Below are positions 36,596 to 49,937 of a stretch of DNA of 64,000 nt, piece by piece. The first letter of the stretch is position 1. Each line of letters starts with the position of its first letter. The translations under genes and the position numbers were made by a program. The notes under the pieces are model-generated. The model made no database searches. It saw only the letters and a list, made by a program, of their open reading frames with translations, and was not told the DNA's origin. Source of the DNA: Curvularia clavata (lineage: Eukaryota); assembly GCA_023920165.1 (NCBI GenBank), contig CP089277.1, positions 2,108,001 to 2,172,000 on the forward strand, given 5' to 3'.

Positions 36596-37873
36596 CTATT
36601 GTTGGTCCTCCTCAACATCACGGGATGTCATTCCCCCGAAAGAGCCGACTGCTGGTGGAGTTTCCCCACCGTCCACAAACCCCGATTGTTGCAGCTCGTC
36701 ATCGAGATTGAGTGACTTCTCAATAGGGGACTGCTTTAACGAATAAATCGAAGGGGAACCAGCAGGAGATGACATTGTATCCTTTTCAACTCCAGCGTCT
36801 TCTTCTTCTTCTTCTTCTTCTTCTTCTTCAGTTTCGCCCTGGTCATTTTTGCTGATGTTATCCTCTTCCGCAGTTGAGATGCCACGGAGAATATAGAACC
36901 ATTCGTTTGCATTGAGCGTTCTGCGGAAGCTACTCTTACCATCAGGCATAGAGAGCCTCTTCCGAATCATTGGTATTTCATGTTTCCAAAGCTTGCGTAC
37001 TTTTTGACCATCTTTGGGCAGGAAAACATTTGTTCGTATGCCGGCTTTGCTGTTGTTCTCTACCTGTTGCTTAGTGACACAGTCCCCGAGGTTACCGTTC
37101 GGCGTCCAAAGATGATCTTTCATGTCTTTCCAACCAGCTTCTTTTGAGTCTTCCTCGTCTTGGCTCTTCTGGATTTTCTTTGTCCTAAGCGTCCATTCGT
37201 TGTGGCGCTGCTTGGCATCCTGCAGCAAAAACCCCACGTCCTCTTTCTCATGCGGAAGAAGACCTTCAAAGTGGGATATCGGATGTTTTGAATTGCCGTG
37301 GGATGAGTCGAGTCTGGTTGCATTCGTGAAGTGCATAATGGCAGCTCGCCAATCTTGTAACCCCCTATAGCCACGTCCAGCCCAGTACTCACAACGCGCT
37401 TCCAATGCGACACTTTCCAAACTTTCTGCGATCTTCATGGCTTCTTGGGTAAAGATAACGATCCTGGAATAGGACTTTTGGGTATCAAGGATAGACTTTT
37501 GTGTCTGTGGCTTGCACTCCGAGGCATTCACAATGCACTGTATTGCTTGACAACGAGACAATAGCAAATGAAATAGTGACATGCCCATGGTTCTTTTGTA
37601 CGTCCTGGGTCTATCGAAACAAGTGGCTCGAATATTGGCAGTTGCTCCATGGGTAGAGTCCTGAGGTGTACAAGGTGATGGGTTGCTGTCTTCTCGAAGA
37701 GTTGCGTCTAGGACCAAGCCGTAGTTGTATGACAGATGTTGCCCATTTGACGAAGTGGAGACGTTTGTGTCAACGCGCATGTAAGCACCTACTTTTTGCT
37801 TGTATGTGGGAATGTATTGAGGAACATTTTGTAGCTTAGGAGCGGCGTATTGTGGCGTCAAATCGTGTGACAT
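36596..37873 (-). CDS. Hypothetical protein, 425 aa, TPR-like helix pair and poly-Glu tract
   Basis: Long ATG-initiated ORF; ARCEYWAGRGY...AAIMHFTNA resembles a TPR unit. Confidence 0.65.
   Translation of the reverse strand: MSHDLTPQYAAPKLQNVPQYIPTYKQKVGAYMRVDTNVSTSSNGQHLSYNYGLVLDATLREDSNPSPCTPQDSTHGATANIRATCFDRPRTYKRTMGMSLFHLLLSRCQAIQCIVNASECKPQTQKSILDTQKSYSRIVIFTQEAMKIAESLESVALEARCEYWAGRGYRGLQDWRAAIMHFTNATRLDSSHGNSKHPISHFEGLLPHEKEDVGFLLQDAKQRHNEWTLRTKKIQKSQDEEDSKEAGWKDMKDHLWTPNGNLGDCVTKQQVENNSKAGIRTNVFLPKDGQKVRKLWKHEIPMIRKRLSMPDGKSSFRRTLNANEWFYILRGISTAEEDNISKNDQGETEEEEEEEEEEDAGVEKDTMSSPAGSPSIYSLKQSPIEKSLNLDDELQQSGFVDGGETPPAVGSFGGMTSRDVEEDQQ
36798..36829. repeat. (TTC)n microsatellite encoding poly-Glu
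   Basis: About 10 perfect TTC units. Confidence 0.95.
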
Positions 37874-38307
37874 GTTGATATCTCGAGTGAGCTTGAATAT
37901 CGAGCTTGCGGTGAGTGAGTGAAGTGTGATGAATGGCTAGCAGCCCCGAGACTGATGCGAAACAACAGCAAGGCTTTCTATGATTGACAGAGTCTAGCTA
38001 GGCTGTGTCTCACATTGTGTCTCTTTGTTGATAGAAATGACGCTAGTGCGAAAGTGCCCCTTGAGTGACAAAGAGCACGTTTTCATTGACAAGATGTTTT
38101 TACCGAACACGAATATCATAAATAAAGCTGATACGTTGAGCCTGTCGCCGTTGGTACACCGGTCTGGCCACTGACAGCATCTATATACCATCCTTCGCTC
38201 CTCGACACTGTCGCCTGGCTATGACACATTCTCTATTGTATTGTAGTAAGATCACTCGCTTCTTGCCTTGGCCCAATGGTAGGGCAAAGACAATCGTCTT
38301 GCCTTTG

Positions 38308-39192
38308 CTACAGCGCGTTGCTTGAATTGCGAGCTTGTACGACGGCATTTGTTCTGGACATTGTCAGCACAAGCTCACATGTTGCAAGAACCAGTAAGAT
38401 AGCGCGCACATCTTTTGATTTCTCCTCTAGTTGCGCGAGTAGGCCTTCCATAGTGCGGCTTTCGTCAAAGCCTGACCGACGCTTGGCACAACCTGGCTCA
38501 TCGCTTTCAGAATTGTAGAACTCGCTAGCTTTGGGCGGAAGCATGTGGTCATGACTGTTAGGGGTTCCGAAAGCGTCGCGGCCTTTATGAAGCACCTGAA
38601 GCTCTTGGTAGAGTGAATTGCGCTGATTCCGTATCTGGGGCAGGAAACCGTCGAGTTCGGAGTGGCGGTTGCATAGTTCTACCGCTTCACTACAGGCAGC
38701 AAGCGCGTCGAGTACATCCTCAGGGCCTGAAGCTTGTAGAATGACGCTCTTCAGCAAGAGGCCCTCAGCCCGAGCCCTGGAGCTAAGAGGACCGTGGAGT
38801 AATCGCTCGACGTGAGCAAGAGCACTGCCATAGTTCTTCTGATCGACACACTCACGCGCTCTGTCGAACAAGGGATTTGTGCAGCCATAAAAGGGCCGTC
38901 GCGAGCAGGCGGCATCAGTTCGAGGCGGAGAATAAATAGTGGCAATACCAAAGCAGTGCTCAAGGCCATCAGAGTGGCTCTCCGTCAACACCGTGGTGCT
39001 ATGTACTCGGTGGTTTTGGGCCCGCTCATTTTCCAGCTCCGCCTGCGTGGCGAAGCAAATACCTTGGAGCTCTTGTAGGCGGGCAGTCTGGGCCTCGAAT
39101 GCTGCCTTGAATTGGAGCGCGACTGCCTGCCACGTGTCTCTGTCCACCTTGAGGTTGCGGATTAGCTGTTCAATGGGGCGGATGCTATCCAT
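38308..39192 (-). CDS. Hypothetical protein, N-terminal coiled coil and TPR-like helices
   Basis: Long ORF with probable ATG at 39192 (MDSIRPIEQL). The 3' end may be spliced. Confidence 0.65.
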   Translation of the reverse strand: MDSIRPIEQLIRNLKVDRDTWQAVALQFKAAFEAQTARLQELQGICFATQAELENERAQNHRVHSTTVLTESHSDGLEHCFGIATIYSPPRTDAACSRRPFYGCTNPLFDRARECVDQKNYGSALAHVERLLHGPLSSRARAEGLLLKSVILQASGPEDVLDALAACSEAVELCNRHSELDGFLPQIRNQRNSLYQELQVLHKGRDAFGTPNSHDHMLPPKASEFYNSESDEPGCAKRRSGFDESRTMEGLLAQLEEKSKDVRAILLVLATCELVLTMSRTNAVVQARNSSNAL

Positions 39193-39313
39193 GTCGAGGG
39201 TTGAGGTTGTAGCAGAGTGCACAGCTATGTTTTGCTGTGAAGAATGGGTGGCGTGTTGTTGACTCAACAGTCAACAGCAGCGTGGTGTTGCGGCAAGCAC
39301 AATGGCGCCTCGG

Positions 39314-40497
39314 TCAGATGTTGAAGCCGCCATGGCGGGATGCTTCGACAAACCTCCACAGGCCCGCCTCTTGCGCTGCCTTCTTCACAACCGCCACGTC
39401 ATCTAGATCAACTGGGCGGTTGATGTCTGCGTACCGGACTTGTTCACCATCTTTTGAAGACATTTCCGTATCGCCTAGCCCGCTGCCATCTCGGCTTGGA
39501 CGACTACGCCGTGGCTTACCTACATGAGCCCTGGGAAAGTATTGTTCCATGATGTGCACCATCAGGTCTTTGCTAACGTTTTCTGCAAGCCACTTGACAA
39601 TATGCTTCCCTTCCTCTTGCATGCCGGGCATGACCAAATGTCGTACGAATATTCCTTGCTTAGCTATTCCATCGCTCGTGAAGCAAAGATCGCCAACCTG
39701 CTCGTGCATAGCCTTGATACTCTCCATAGCCACTTCCGCATAGTTGTCTGCCTTGAGCAGTCGTTTGCTCGTCCTGTCACTCCATACCTTGAAATCAGGC
39801 ATGTAAATGTCGACCAATCCTTCAAGCAGGCTGATACTCTCGAGCGAATCGAATGCCGATGTGTTGTAAATGATGGGCAGACGCAGGCCGAGCTCGCGCG
39901 CATGTAGTATGCTCAGCACCACTTGTGGCACAACGTGCTCTGGTGTGACGAGGTTGATATTATGGACGCGTCCGACAGTCTGCAGCTTCATGTACCATTC
40001 GGCAAGCTCTTCCGGCGTCAGGTCAAACCCGTTACGCGTATGGGAGATGTCGTGGTTCTTTGTTCAAAATCAGCAGATGCTGGTAATGCGTATCTGGTAT
40101 GCCGGCAGCACCTTACCTGACAAAATACACAGCGCAGGTTGCAGCCACTAAAAAACACACTGCCCGAGCCGTTGTGGCCTTGGATGAACGGCTCCTCGCC
40201 AAAATGCGGTGCTATGGTTCCCACCTTGACTGTCTCTGCCCCGATCAAGCACACACCAGTCTTCTCGTAGCGATTAACGCCGCACAAGCGAGGGCAGAGG
40301 TTGCATTCACGCAAATGAGCATAGGCCAGCGACCGCTTCTTGGAGGCATCTACCGACGAAAGCCGCTGATAGCGCGGAATGTAATCATCGAGGAGGTAGG
40401 GTGGCGCAAGGTATAGATTGCGACGCATCGAGGGGCGCATTGGCTGTAGCCATGCTACCGACTTCGAACAGGGCCGTATTTTGGCTAGCAGCGCCAT
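39314..40497 (-). CDS. Radical SAM protein, PflX (pyruvate formate-lyase activating enzyme-like) family
   Basis: CNLCPRLCGVNR, PHFGEEP, GSGSVFFSGCNLRCVFCQNHDIS (CxxxCxxC across intron 40116-40058), NINLVTPEH, DIYMPDFK, VRHLVMPG. Basic N-terminal presequence. Confidence 0.93.
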
Positions 40498-41016
40498 GTT
40501 GACAAGATGAGTTTGTGCTCCTTGATACAAGCCCGGGATGGTGGTAAAGGAAGAAGAGCTTTGGCTTTGGCTGTAGCAATGACAGGTCCAGCCCCACCTG
40601 GCGACCCCAGCGCTGTTCCTGTGTCAACGTCACACAAGCTCGAGCAAGAAAGTACATTGTATCCCATCTCTCCTCACACAGGAGCTATTACCCAGTAAAA
40701 GTCTCTTCCTGTGGTACGGAAGGTGGTTTATTTCATCGGCAAACGCTTCGCGGTCTGCATACGTGCGAACGACCGTTCCACTGTACCCTGTGACATCATC
40801 ACCGCGAGCAACACTAGGCATACCGCATCACGATGGAGCTGAAATGTGCTGTACAGGACAAGTATCACAAGTGCGACTATGCACATGTCGCCTCAATCAA
40901 CTTACCCGATTTCTCATCTAGAGTATCGTCACCGGCAAGCTCATAAATGCTTTGCATCAGCAGTCTCAACATTGCAGTCTTTTGCCTTTGCAATACCTTT
41001 TCTCTCCAAGATCAAT

Positions 41017-41648
41017 ATGCGTCTCCTTGCTGTTCTCCCATCTCTCCTCGGGATGCCCACATTTGCAGCACTCGTACACACGCAGTATCCAGAATTGTTG
41101 ATCCCTTTGAAAAAAGCCCAACTGGACAATGCTATCTTTACTCAAAAAGATGCAATTGTAAGCTACACCGTACGCCACTCTCCCGCAATCACCCATGCGG
41201 CTTAACCCTGAGTATCTAACAATGAACAAAGAACAAGACGGGTGATGAACAGTGGACGGCCGTGAGCTTCTATGTGCCTGACAACAATGCCAATATCTGC
41301 CGCCTTCAGTTCTTGATCAATACCAATTCCATTAAAACCCCTCCGTTCGGTCTTAGGGGCGAAGCTCCTTTTTCCATTGACGTCTCGCGCGTGGAGCCAA
41401 AGCTTGTGAATGGCCGTACCACGTGGAACACCAAACCAGCCATCATCGAGCGCTACGATACGTACGTCTTGTCCACGACTGGTTCAAGCGAGATTGTGAA
41501 TAGATGGTTTCCGTGCCCTAAACGAAATTTCGCCCAATTCTTCGTTCATCCGGCCAACACGAAGGATATTGAGGTGTACTGGTTTGAGCTCAACTACAGC
41601 GTCGAGGACGGTGGTCCACATGGACTTGTACTCGAAATGCATACTTGA
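41017..41648 (+). CDS. Secreted protein, But2 C-terminal-like domain
   Basis: Signal peptide MRLLAVLPSLL; intron 41170-41231 joins frames; VSFYVP...CRLQF...TTWNTKP...FPCP...GLVLEM pattern. Confidence 0.7.
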
Positions 41649-42420
41649 GGATTCGTGCGCTGAACATTGCACTCCGAATGTGCGGGGAGCTTTTGCCACC
41701 GAAGAAGAAAAATCCAAAAGGGGAATATGCAAAAAGCCAGAGAAGATTTGCAATTGTGCCTTCCATCTACAATGTAGCATTAGTACCAGTGCAATAATAA
41801 CACTGAATTCAAGTTTTGATACATTGTTTCGCTTTTCGAAACGTCACGTGCCTCTCAAAGAAGCATATCCTGCTCTTCTGGGATATATCGCTAGATTCAC
41901 AGACGTCTGGTCGAGAATTTCAACGTTGTAGACGAGAATTTCACTCGTTACTTCTCTCGTGAGACTTGAATGTTTGATCCTATCCACGACACGAAAGCAG
42001 TCGACCATTCCGCCTCACGGCCGCCCATCCTTGCCAATGAAGAAAAAAAACTGCAATCTTATCATACACTGCGTAATAGGAAATGACTTCTCTCAAGATA
42101 ATGAATGTCTGCCTTTTGGCACAGGAATGATACCAGCGCAGCGACCAATGACAGTATGCCTCGTTTGCCGTCAACGTGTCATTGGTGCGCTTCCAGAACT
42201 CGATGAGCGACAGTCTATTCCCAAAGTGGAAATATTCTCTAGCGCGCTTTAGCCATATATGCATTTGTAATGGGCAAGGTCAAGGAAAGCCACGGCAGCA
42301 GAGTATAAAGGGAGGCGGAGAATTAGATGAAGGATGCAGAATCAGACACATAATACCTACTTAGAACACAGTTTCATTCTAACATTCTGTTGAAGAAATT
42401 GCATCGCCTTACATTTCATC

Positions 42421-43604
42421 ATGTCTACACACCTGGCTGTCGCAACTGTGGGCATCAAATCCCCCCTTGAGATCATTGAGGTACCTACTGTTACTCCTAC
42501 TGGAGGTCAAGTTCGGGTCCGAGTCGAGTGGACAGCATCCACACCGCTTGACTTACATCAGAACGATGGCGGTCTGCTTGTCAACCACCCTCAAGTTCTG
42601 GGCGACGGTACCGCTGGGACGGTCATAGAGACTGGGCCCGATACAAAGCGCTTAAAAGTCGGTGATAAAGTATTTGGATTTACCTGGCGAAGCCAAGCGG
42701 AAAAGTCGCATCAGGAATTCTGCACCGCAGAGGAATGGCAGTTTGCAAAGGTACGTCCTTGATGTTCTTCAAGGCTGGATGACGCTGATGATCAGGACCA
42801 GTTGCCCGATAACTTCAGTCTTGCCGAAGCTGTCACTTTACCAAACAATTTTGTGACTGTCTTCCACTCGATCACCAAAGACTTAGGTCTCGAGACGCCA
42901 TGGCCGAAGCCTGTCGACTATGAGCCGCCACATGCTGATGCTGCTATCCTGGTATGGGGAGGTTCTTCGTCAGTGGGCCAGTTTGCTATCCAGATACTGA
43001 AATATTATGGATATGAGAATGTCCTTGTGACAGCATCGACTAAGCATCATGAGAAGCTGCAAAGTCTGGGTGCAAAAGCCACCTTTGACTACAAACACCC
43101 TGAGGTAGTGGCATCGATCCAAGCCACGGGCAGCGACATTGCGCTTATCTTGGATTGCATTGGCAGCAAGAGCGGCAGTATCCGGCCCCTATCTCGCATC
43201 GCCAAAAGAGGTGCAAAAGTCGCCGTTCTACTACCAGTCATTGTACGCGACTCAAGCGAAACCGAAGACCCGATATACGACATGGACGTGACAAGAGCAG
43301 CTGAATGGGAAGACGGGGTGGATGCAAGAGGTGTAAGGACACACTTCTATCCTGACGTAAGTATCATACGGTCTGTTGCTATCTACTCTAACGCTTTTCT
43401 AATGCGAAAAAGAACGAGTTTTTCAAGCAGCACTTGCAACCCGACATCATGTATAGCCTGCTAAGGGATGGTATCGTCACACCACAGAAGCAAAGAATTG
43501 TACAAGGAGCAACGCTGTTGGAAAGGGCTCAAAAGGCAATGGATATGCTGAGACGGAAGGAGGCTAGTATGGAGCGGCTTGTTTGGCGAGTTTGCGAGGA
43601 CTAA
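42421..43604 (+). CDS. MDR-superfamily NAD(P)H-dependent enoyl reductase-like protein (LovC/ToxD-like)
   Basis: VLGDGTAGTV, EAVTLPNNFVT, ILVWGGSSSVGQFAIQ, LILDCIGS. Introns 42751-42801 and 43357-43412. Confidence 0.92.
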
Positions 43605-45135
43605 GGCTGGAAATGGAAGCATAAGCTGTCAGCAAACTATTGTTTCTAATGTTCCTAGGTTGGAAAAAGTTATGTATGTGAAACAGGCACGGGAACCATT
43701 GTCATGAACAAGCCCCACTATGTCACCGACGTCATACACCCCTGTGCCATGGGTGTGCTTGTTTCGTGCTTAACATGTCTGGAAATTTGCATGTACGCGA
43801 CTGTGAGCCTGAAGACGCTCAATGCTTGGTTATGCTTGAATGTTTCCGCATATAACCAAACATATTTGGTGGATGCGGTTCTTGTGGCTGCCTTGCCTAT
43901 CCACCGAGATCAGCCTTGGTGTGCCAGTCCGCAAAGCTTGTACCTTTTCCCGAAAAAATCATTTCCAGAAGACTCTGTGGGGCCTTTGCCGTGAATCATG
44001 GCCATCTTGATTCATACAAAAAGTACAATGTATAGATTAGGACCCGACGATTGAACCCATCACCGTGAACATGTGATAGCAATACACTTATTGTCCAATT
44101 TGGGCTTTTTCCCCTAAGATGCCAGCCAGAACATGTCGGCAATGCCACCTTTCAATATTGCCCAGGCTGTTCCATGGGTTCTCGAAGGGAGACGGCGTTG
44201 ACGTCTCATGCAGGATTTGAGTGGCTCCACCAATCTCCGAGGTATCTGCAAGCGCCAAGAGATCATGCTTTCCACTTTCACGCTTGATACCCCGGTATCA
44301 CCGAGTCTGCCAAAAAATCCGTATCAAGGTCACCTTGATAAGGACACAGACACATGAGGCCGAGCAAGCGCGAGGAGCTGCTACAGACGGTGCGAGGTCG
44401 TGACTAGCTGGTGAAGGCGAGAGCCGTGCTTGTGATGAAGGAATCGAGCAGAGCCACAAATACTAATAGGCGACTGGCTCCTTGCATAAAGATTGGGCGA
44501 CTTGAAACTAGCCGCACGTTCACAACCGTTTCAACCCAGGTACGCGGGCGCTTCGACTTGATGAGACGACTCGCTTGCTTTCCCTCTTGCGGCTAGCGGC
44601 ACCCAAGGCCCCGGTCGTGAGACTGTCAATATGCATGGTGTCCGCGGTCGTGGGAACGCCTCTGTTCATCTTATGGAAACCTCCGATCATACCAGCCCGT
44701 TACTGGTGGAAAAAGCAGCCAAACATGACAGCAGCGCTCACGCCAAGTCCGACTCGACGGGAGCCAGCACGGCGCCTCGCTGCGAAGCGAAGACCACTGC
44801 CGTGCCGTCTTCAATCCTAGTACCGACGCGACATCATGTTTCGCACGTTTAATTAACTCTCGAGCTCCACATGCGATCCTGCAAAGGGCTGTAGCGCCTC
44901 GCTGCCCCGTCTTACCAACTATATAGGCGTCACCAGCATTCCATTCTGGACCTGTCCCATCAAACTTGCAGTTTCTTCACTTCCAACTCACAGCTCCTTT
45001 GTCCGTCTTGGGTCTGAGACCTGTCATTCGTTCTTCAATCAACCAACTTGTTCACTCTCCTTTACAGAAGCTAGGCTTCCGCTTGTCTCGACTTACTTTT
45101 CGCTCATCTCCAGCAAAACCAGAATTACCACCACA

Positions 45136-46050
<915 letters not shown>

Positions 46051-46770
46051 GCTCTAGCTGGAAACGTTTGGCGAGTGCGTTAAACCATGCGTCATAAAAT
46101 TCTTCGAAGCAAGGCATTGCTGTTCCATTCTGTTGTAGATATATACTTCAATGATACATTTGTTCACACTTTGTGGGAGCTGTACATTTCTATTGCCCCT
46201 GTTCAAAAATTGTTATTAGGTGTGCTCACTCTTGTCGTGGAAGGAACCAACATTTTGGATTCTCATACCTGTAATTAAAATATCAGTAGCGGTGGTCTGA
46301 ACAGAGCTTGATGTCCTTATTCGTGCTAGCCATATGTAGGCTTCCTACTTTCGGCAACGTATACGAGGCTTCGTATTTGAATCTTCTGAACTGTCGAAGT
46401 GGGCGATAATTATTCACCTGTAAACATTGCACGGTAGATCTTTCGGGTTCTATAGTGAATTGAGCATTGGCACGAGGATATAATACAGCTCCAAAGACAG
46501 TACTAAGATGACATCCGAATTATCCAGTGCCACTGGTCAGCCAAGATCCCTCTGCTGACACGCTCACTATAGCTTTCTCTACGCCCGAGTCCCAAGAAGC
46601 ACGATAGTACAACACAAACAAAAGGAGCATTAGTAGCCCCCGACACACCAAAGAGCTAAGAAAAAACCTGCCTAATAGTTCGCTCAGGAAGCCAACTCAA
46701 AGGTAACCAAGACAAAACATAAAAATCATAGAGCATGCACTGCAAATAACGTGCCTGTAGGAATGCCGAG

Positions 46771-48574
46771 TCAGAGATACTCCTGCTGCTGTGTAGTGTC
46801 TGGGATCTGCTGCACATCTGTCTGTTGCAGGTCCCAAAACTCATTGAAGAAATTGTCTTCCAGACCTTCATTTATTCCACTTAACGGAACTAGTTCCACA
46901 TCGAACAGGTTTCCTCCCCTGTCCGCAAGACCATCAAAGAGGTTGGTATAGCCAACAGCATCACAAGGGGGGAAGTGGTGGATATCTTGTTGCGGCTCCC
47001 CAGAGACGGCTTTAGCGGTAAATTCTAATGGTGAAGAAGTGCTGGGTAAAAAGTTAAGGGGAGGCTCAATGGGCCAGCCTAAGACGTTGTGGCCCATACT
47101 TGCCGTTGTTGTCGTATCGGGAGTGCTGCATTTAGGGAGGTTGCCATACGGACTGGGTGGTGGTAATGCCCGTCGCTGCTGTACGGGGGGAGTCAATATA
47201 CCGAGCTCGGAATTGTGCTGCGGAGACGTATGGAGAACTGGCAGTGACAAATTCGGTGACGGTAAGGCGCCATTAGCTTGTTCGCCGAAGTAACTCGCGC
47301 TTGGAACGGGAGACAGACCCATGGAAGGCATTTTAGACATCGCATTCGTGCTTGCAGAACCATTGCTAGCCGACCGAAGCGGCCGTTTCTGCTGTCTCTG
47401 AATAGTTGTGGTTGCCGGTAATCGAGATTGAGGAGTCTTTGAACCACCTCCCACAGTTTTGCTTTGTGTTGTGGCCGCGTTTCTTGCTTTCTTTGACGAA
47501 CGTGGCTCACTTTCCGCCCCTTCACTGCTCTTCACATTTGGTCGCTTGCTATTGCCCACGCGATTCTGATCTTTACGCTTGGCATACGCCTTGGGTGCAT
47601 TCACGAACATGCGTATCTGCCACGCCGAACTCATGACATTTTCGCATATAGACTTCTCTTGCTGTAGGGCAGTGATGATGTTGTCTAAGAGTTGTTGGAT
47701 TAGCTCGTGTTTTTTTATTTATCCGACCATTTGACTACCTACCTAAACGGCCTGCGCAGTCGATATCCTTGTCGTCATCGTCGCCCTTGCGATCATCGTT
47801 TACATAGTCATTCTGGTGCCAGCCGCGAAACCCTTTCTTAACTTGCTCAAGCAAGCAGTCAAACACCTTGTGAGCATACGCCTCCACAAGGTCTGACGTG
47901 TAGTGTGCTCCGTAGACCCATCTCTTCATTGCAGTAGAGTTGGCATTATCCCTAGCAGAATCCCCGCAAACCATGGCATTGTAGATACGCTCGACATGGA
48001 AGTCACGGTTGTTTTCAGTTTCGGCGATAGTTGGGTCGCTCTCTGGGTCTCTCCAAGGCATTCTGCCAAATCGCATTTTGTCACGGCGGTAGATCTTTGC
48101 GTGTTCTGAGTTCAAAAACCGACCAAGGAATGGTCCATAATGCTGGTTTAATGCTTGTGGAGGTGCGCTGTTGGGCCGTGATGTGGGGGGCTGACTGGGT
48201 GGCCTAGGAGCTACTGGCGGTTCCTCGACAGTGAAGGCACGACCAGTATTAAGTATCTGGATGTCATTTTTCCTTCGTGTCGGCTGCAATGCATATCCTA
48301 GAGGCGGAGGATCAAGCGCTGTGACTTCGGTAAAACCGAAGCCGATGCCCGGCATGTTAATGTGCACGATCTCATGTGCGTCACCAAAATGCAGGCTAGG
48401 AGGATCAAGGCGTCTATGCAAAGGTTCCCAATCTTTGAACTTGTGTGTTGCACCCTCGGAATAAATCTGGCTATCATCGAAGTTCGAAGCGTAGAGTGGT
48501 TCTTCGGTGAGCTCCCCTCTTGGGCCAGGATCATTCTCAAGGAACGGTTTCTTAGAGCGCAAAGATTCGGTCAT
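46771..48574 (-). CDS. Hypothetical protein (2 exons, Pro/Ser-rich C terminus)
   Basis: ATG at 48574 (MTESLRSKK). An intron at about 47742-47687 joins the 389-aa and 287-aa ORFs (CAGRL-DNIITALQQEKSICENVM). Confidence 0.7.
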
Positions 48575-49937
48575 GGAGAGTCTGGTACCCTGTTCAGACT
48601 TAAGGCACCACTTGCAATATGGAACCAGAATGAATTTACGGAAAGGAAGCTGGAGACTGCGGTTTCGTGAATGACTGGGCATGCAAGAGAAGCAATTTAT
48701 ATCGGGTAGACAAACGACTAGAGTGACTCCTGTATTGGTTCTATGTCCTCGGAATTGGTCACTCTTGAAGTCGTTGGTGATTACTCGTGATCTATCCACG
48801 CGTTCGCATCGGCCGCCTTTGGGCCTATATACACAGCGTTTGGTACTTACATCACGCGCAATTGTCCAGGTATGCAGATGTGTCATTAGTCGTTGGAGCC
48901 TCATGGGCTGCGATGCTGCTATCCAGGTTGATCGTGCCCCCTGTTATCTGGTTGGAAAACATGACATATCCGAGTTGACGATAGCATTAAGCCGGACATG
49001 ACTATGTCGCTCATGCACTTAACTAACGATGTGCTCCGTCATTCACGTACAATGCATCTATCTAATCACAAAGTAATGAAGCGAGTGAGAGCAACTCTTG
49101 TCTCAGTATCCTGATGGGGTACGCTTGAGGACACGGATGGGGTGAACTTGGCATCTTGATGCTACGTCCTAAAAGACAAAATTGCTGTACTAGTCGAAGT
49201 GGCTGCCGAACTTAGGTGAATAGAAGAATGTAATTCAATTGCTCGACAGACGTATCGGAAGTATCTTCAGGGATCCACGGCAGATAGATTCTGGGCAGAT
49301 CGGTTATTGGTGAGTGGAAGATACGTTTCCATGCGCCAGCAATCTTGATATGCTTTCTCCCATGCAAGTCCTTCTGTACTGGAACTGCGCATAGGGCTAT
49401 AAAGTCCCTTGATAGTTGAATTTTCTCATATTAGAAGCATCCAATATGCATCAAGTACGTCAGCTCCTGCAAGAGGTCCAGCTCAGGTACAGGACCTACG
49501 TCCATGTGGAGAATCGTCGCGGAAAAGGGTGATCTGGCTACCTCCGCGCCTGGCCGTTAGGTACGGCTGCCCCACATGTCCGCCATTAGGAACCGAGAAA
49601 CTAACATGGGAGTATGGTTTTACACGGGGTTCGTAATCTTTGCTACAGTGGCAAGAGGCTCGACCCGACTGGATGGTGCATAGCGTGTCGTTAGGTCATT
49701 CCGCTCCTTGTCACTAATTCCGCGCTCTGGGAAGACGGTTCGTTTTCCCCGCACCAGCCGGCATCATCACATAGGACTGCTGTGCTATTATCCCTGTGCA
49801 ACGAGTAGTGTATGGATGAAGTGGCCTGCCTTTTAATACCTACCTGCGCCTGCTAGAGAGAGAATTTTGTCGTGAATCAAATTTATCGTTCTCATGTCAG
49901 TTGCTACTCGCATCAACCCGCTACGCCAGTAATCATC

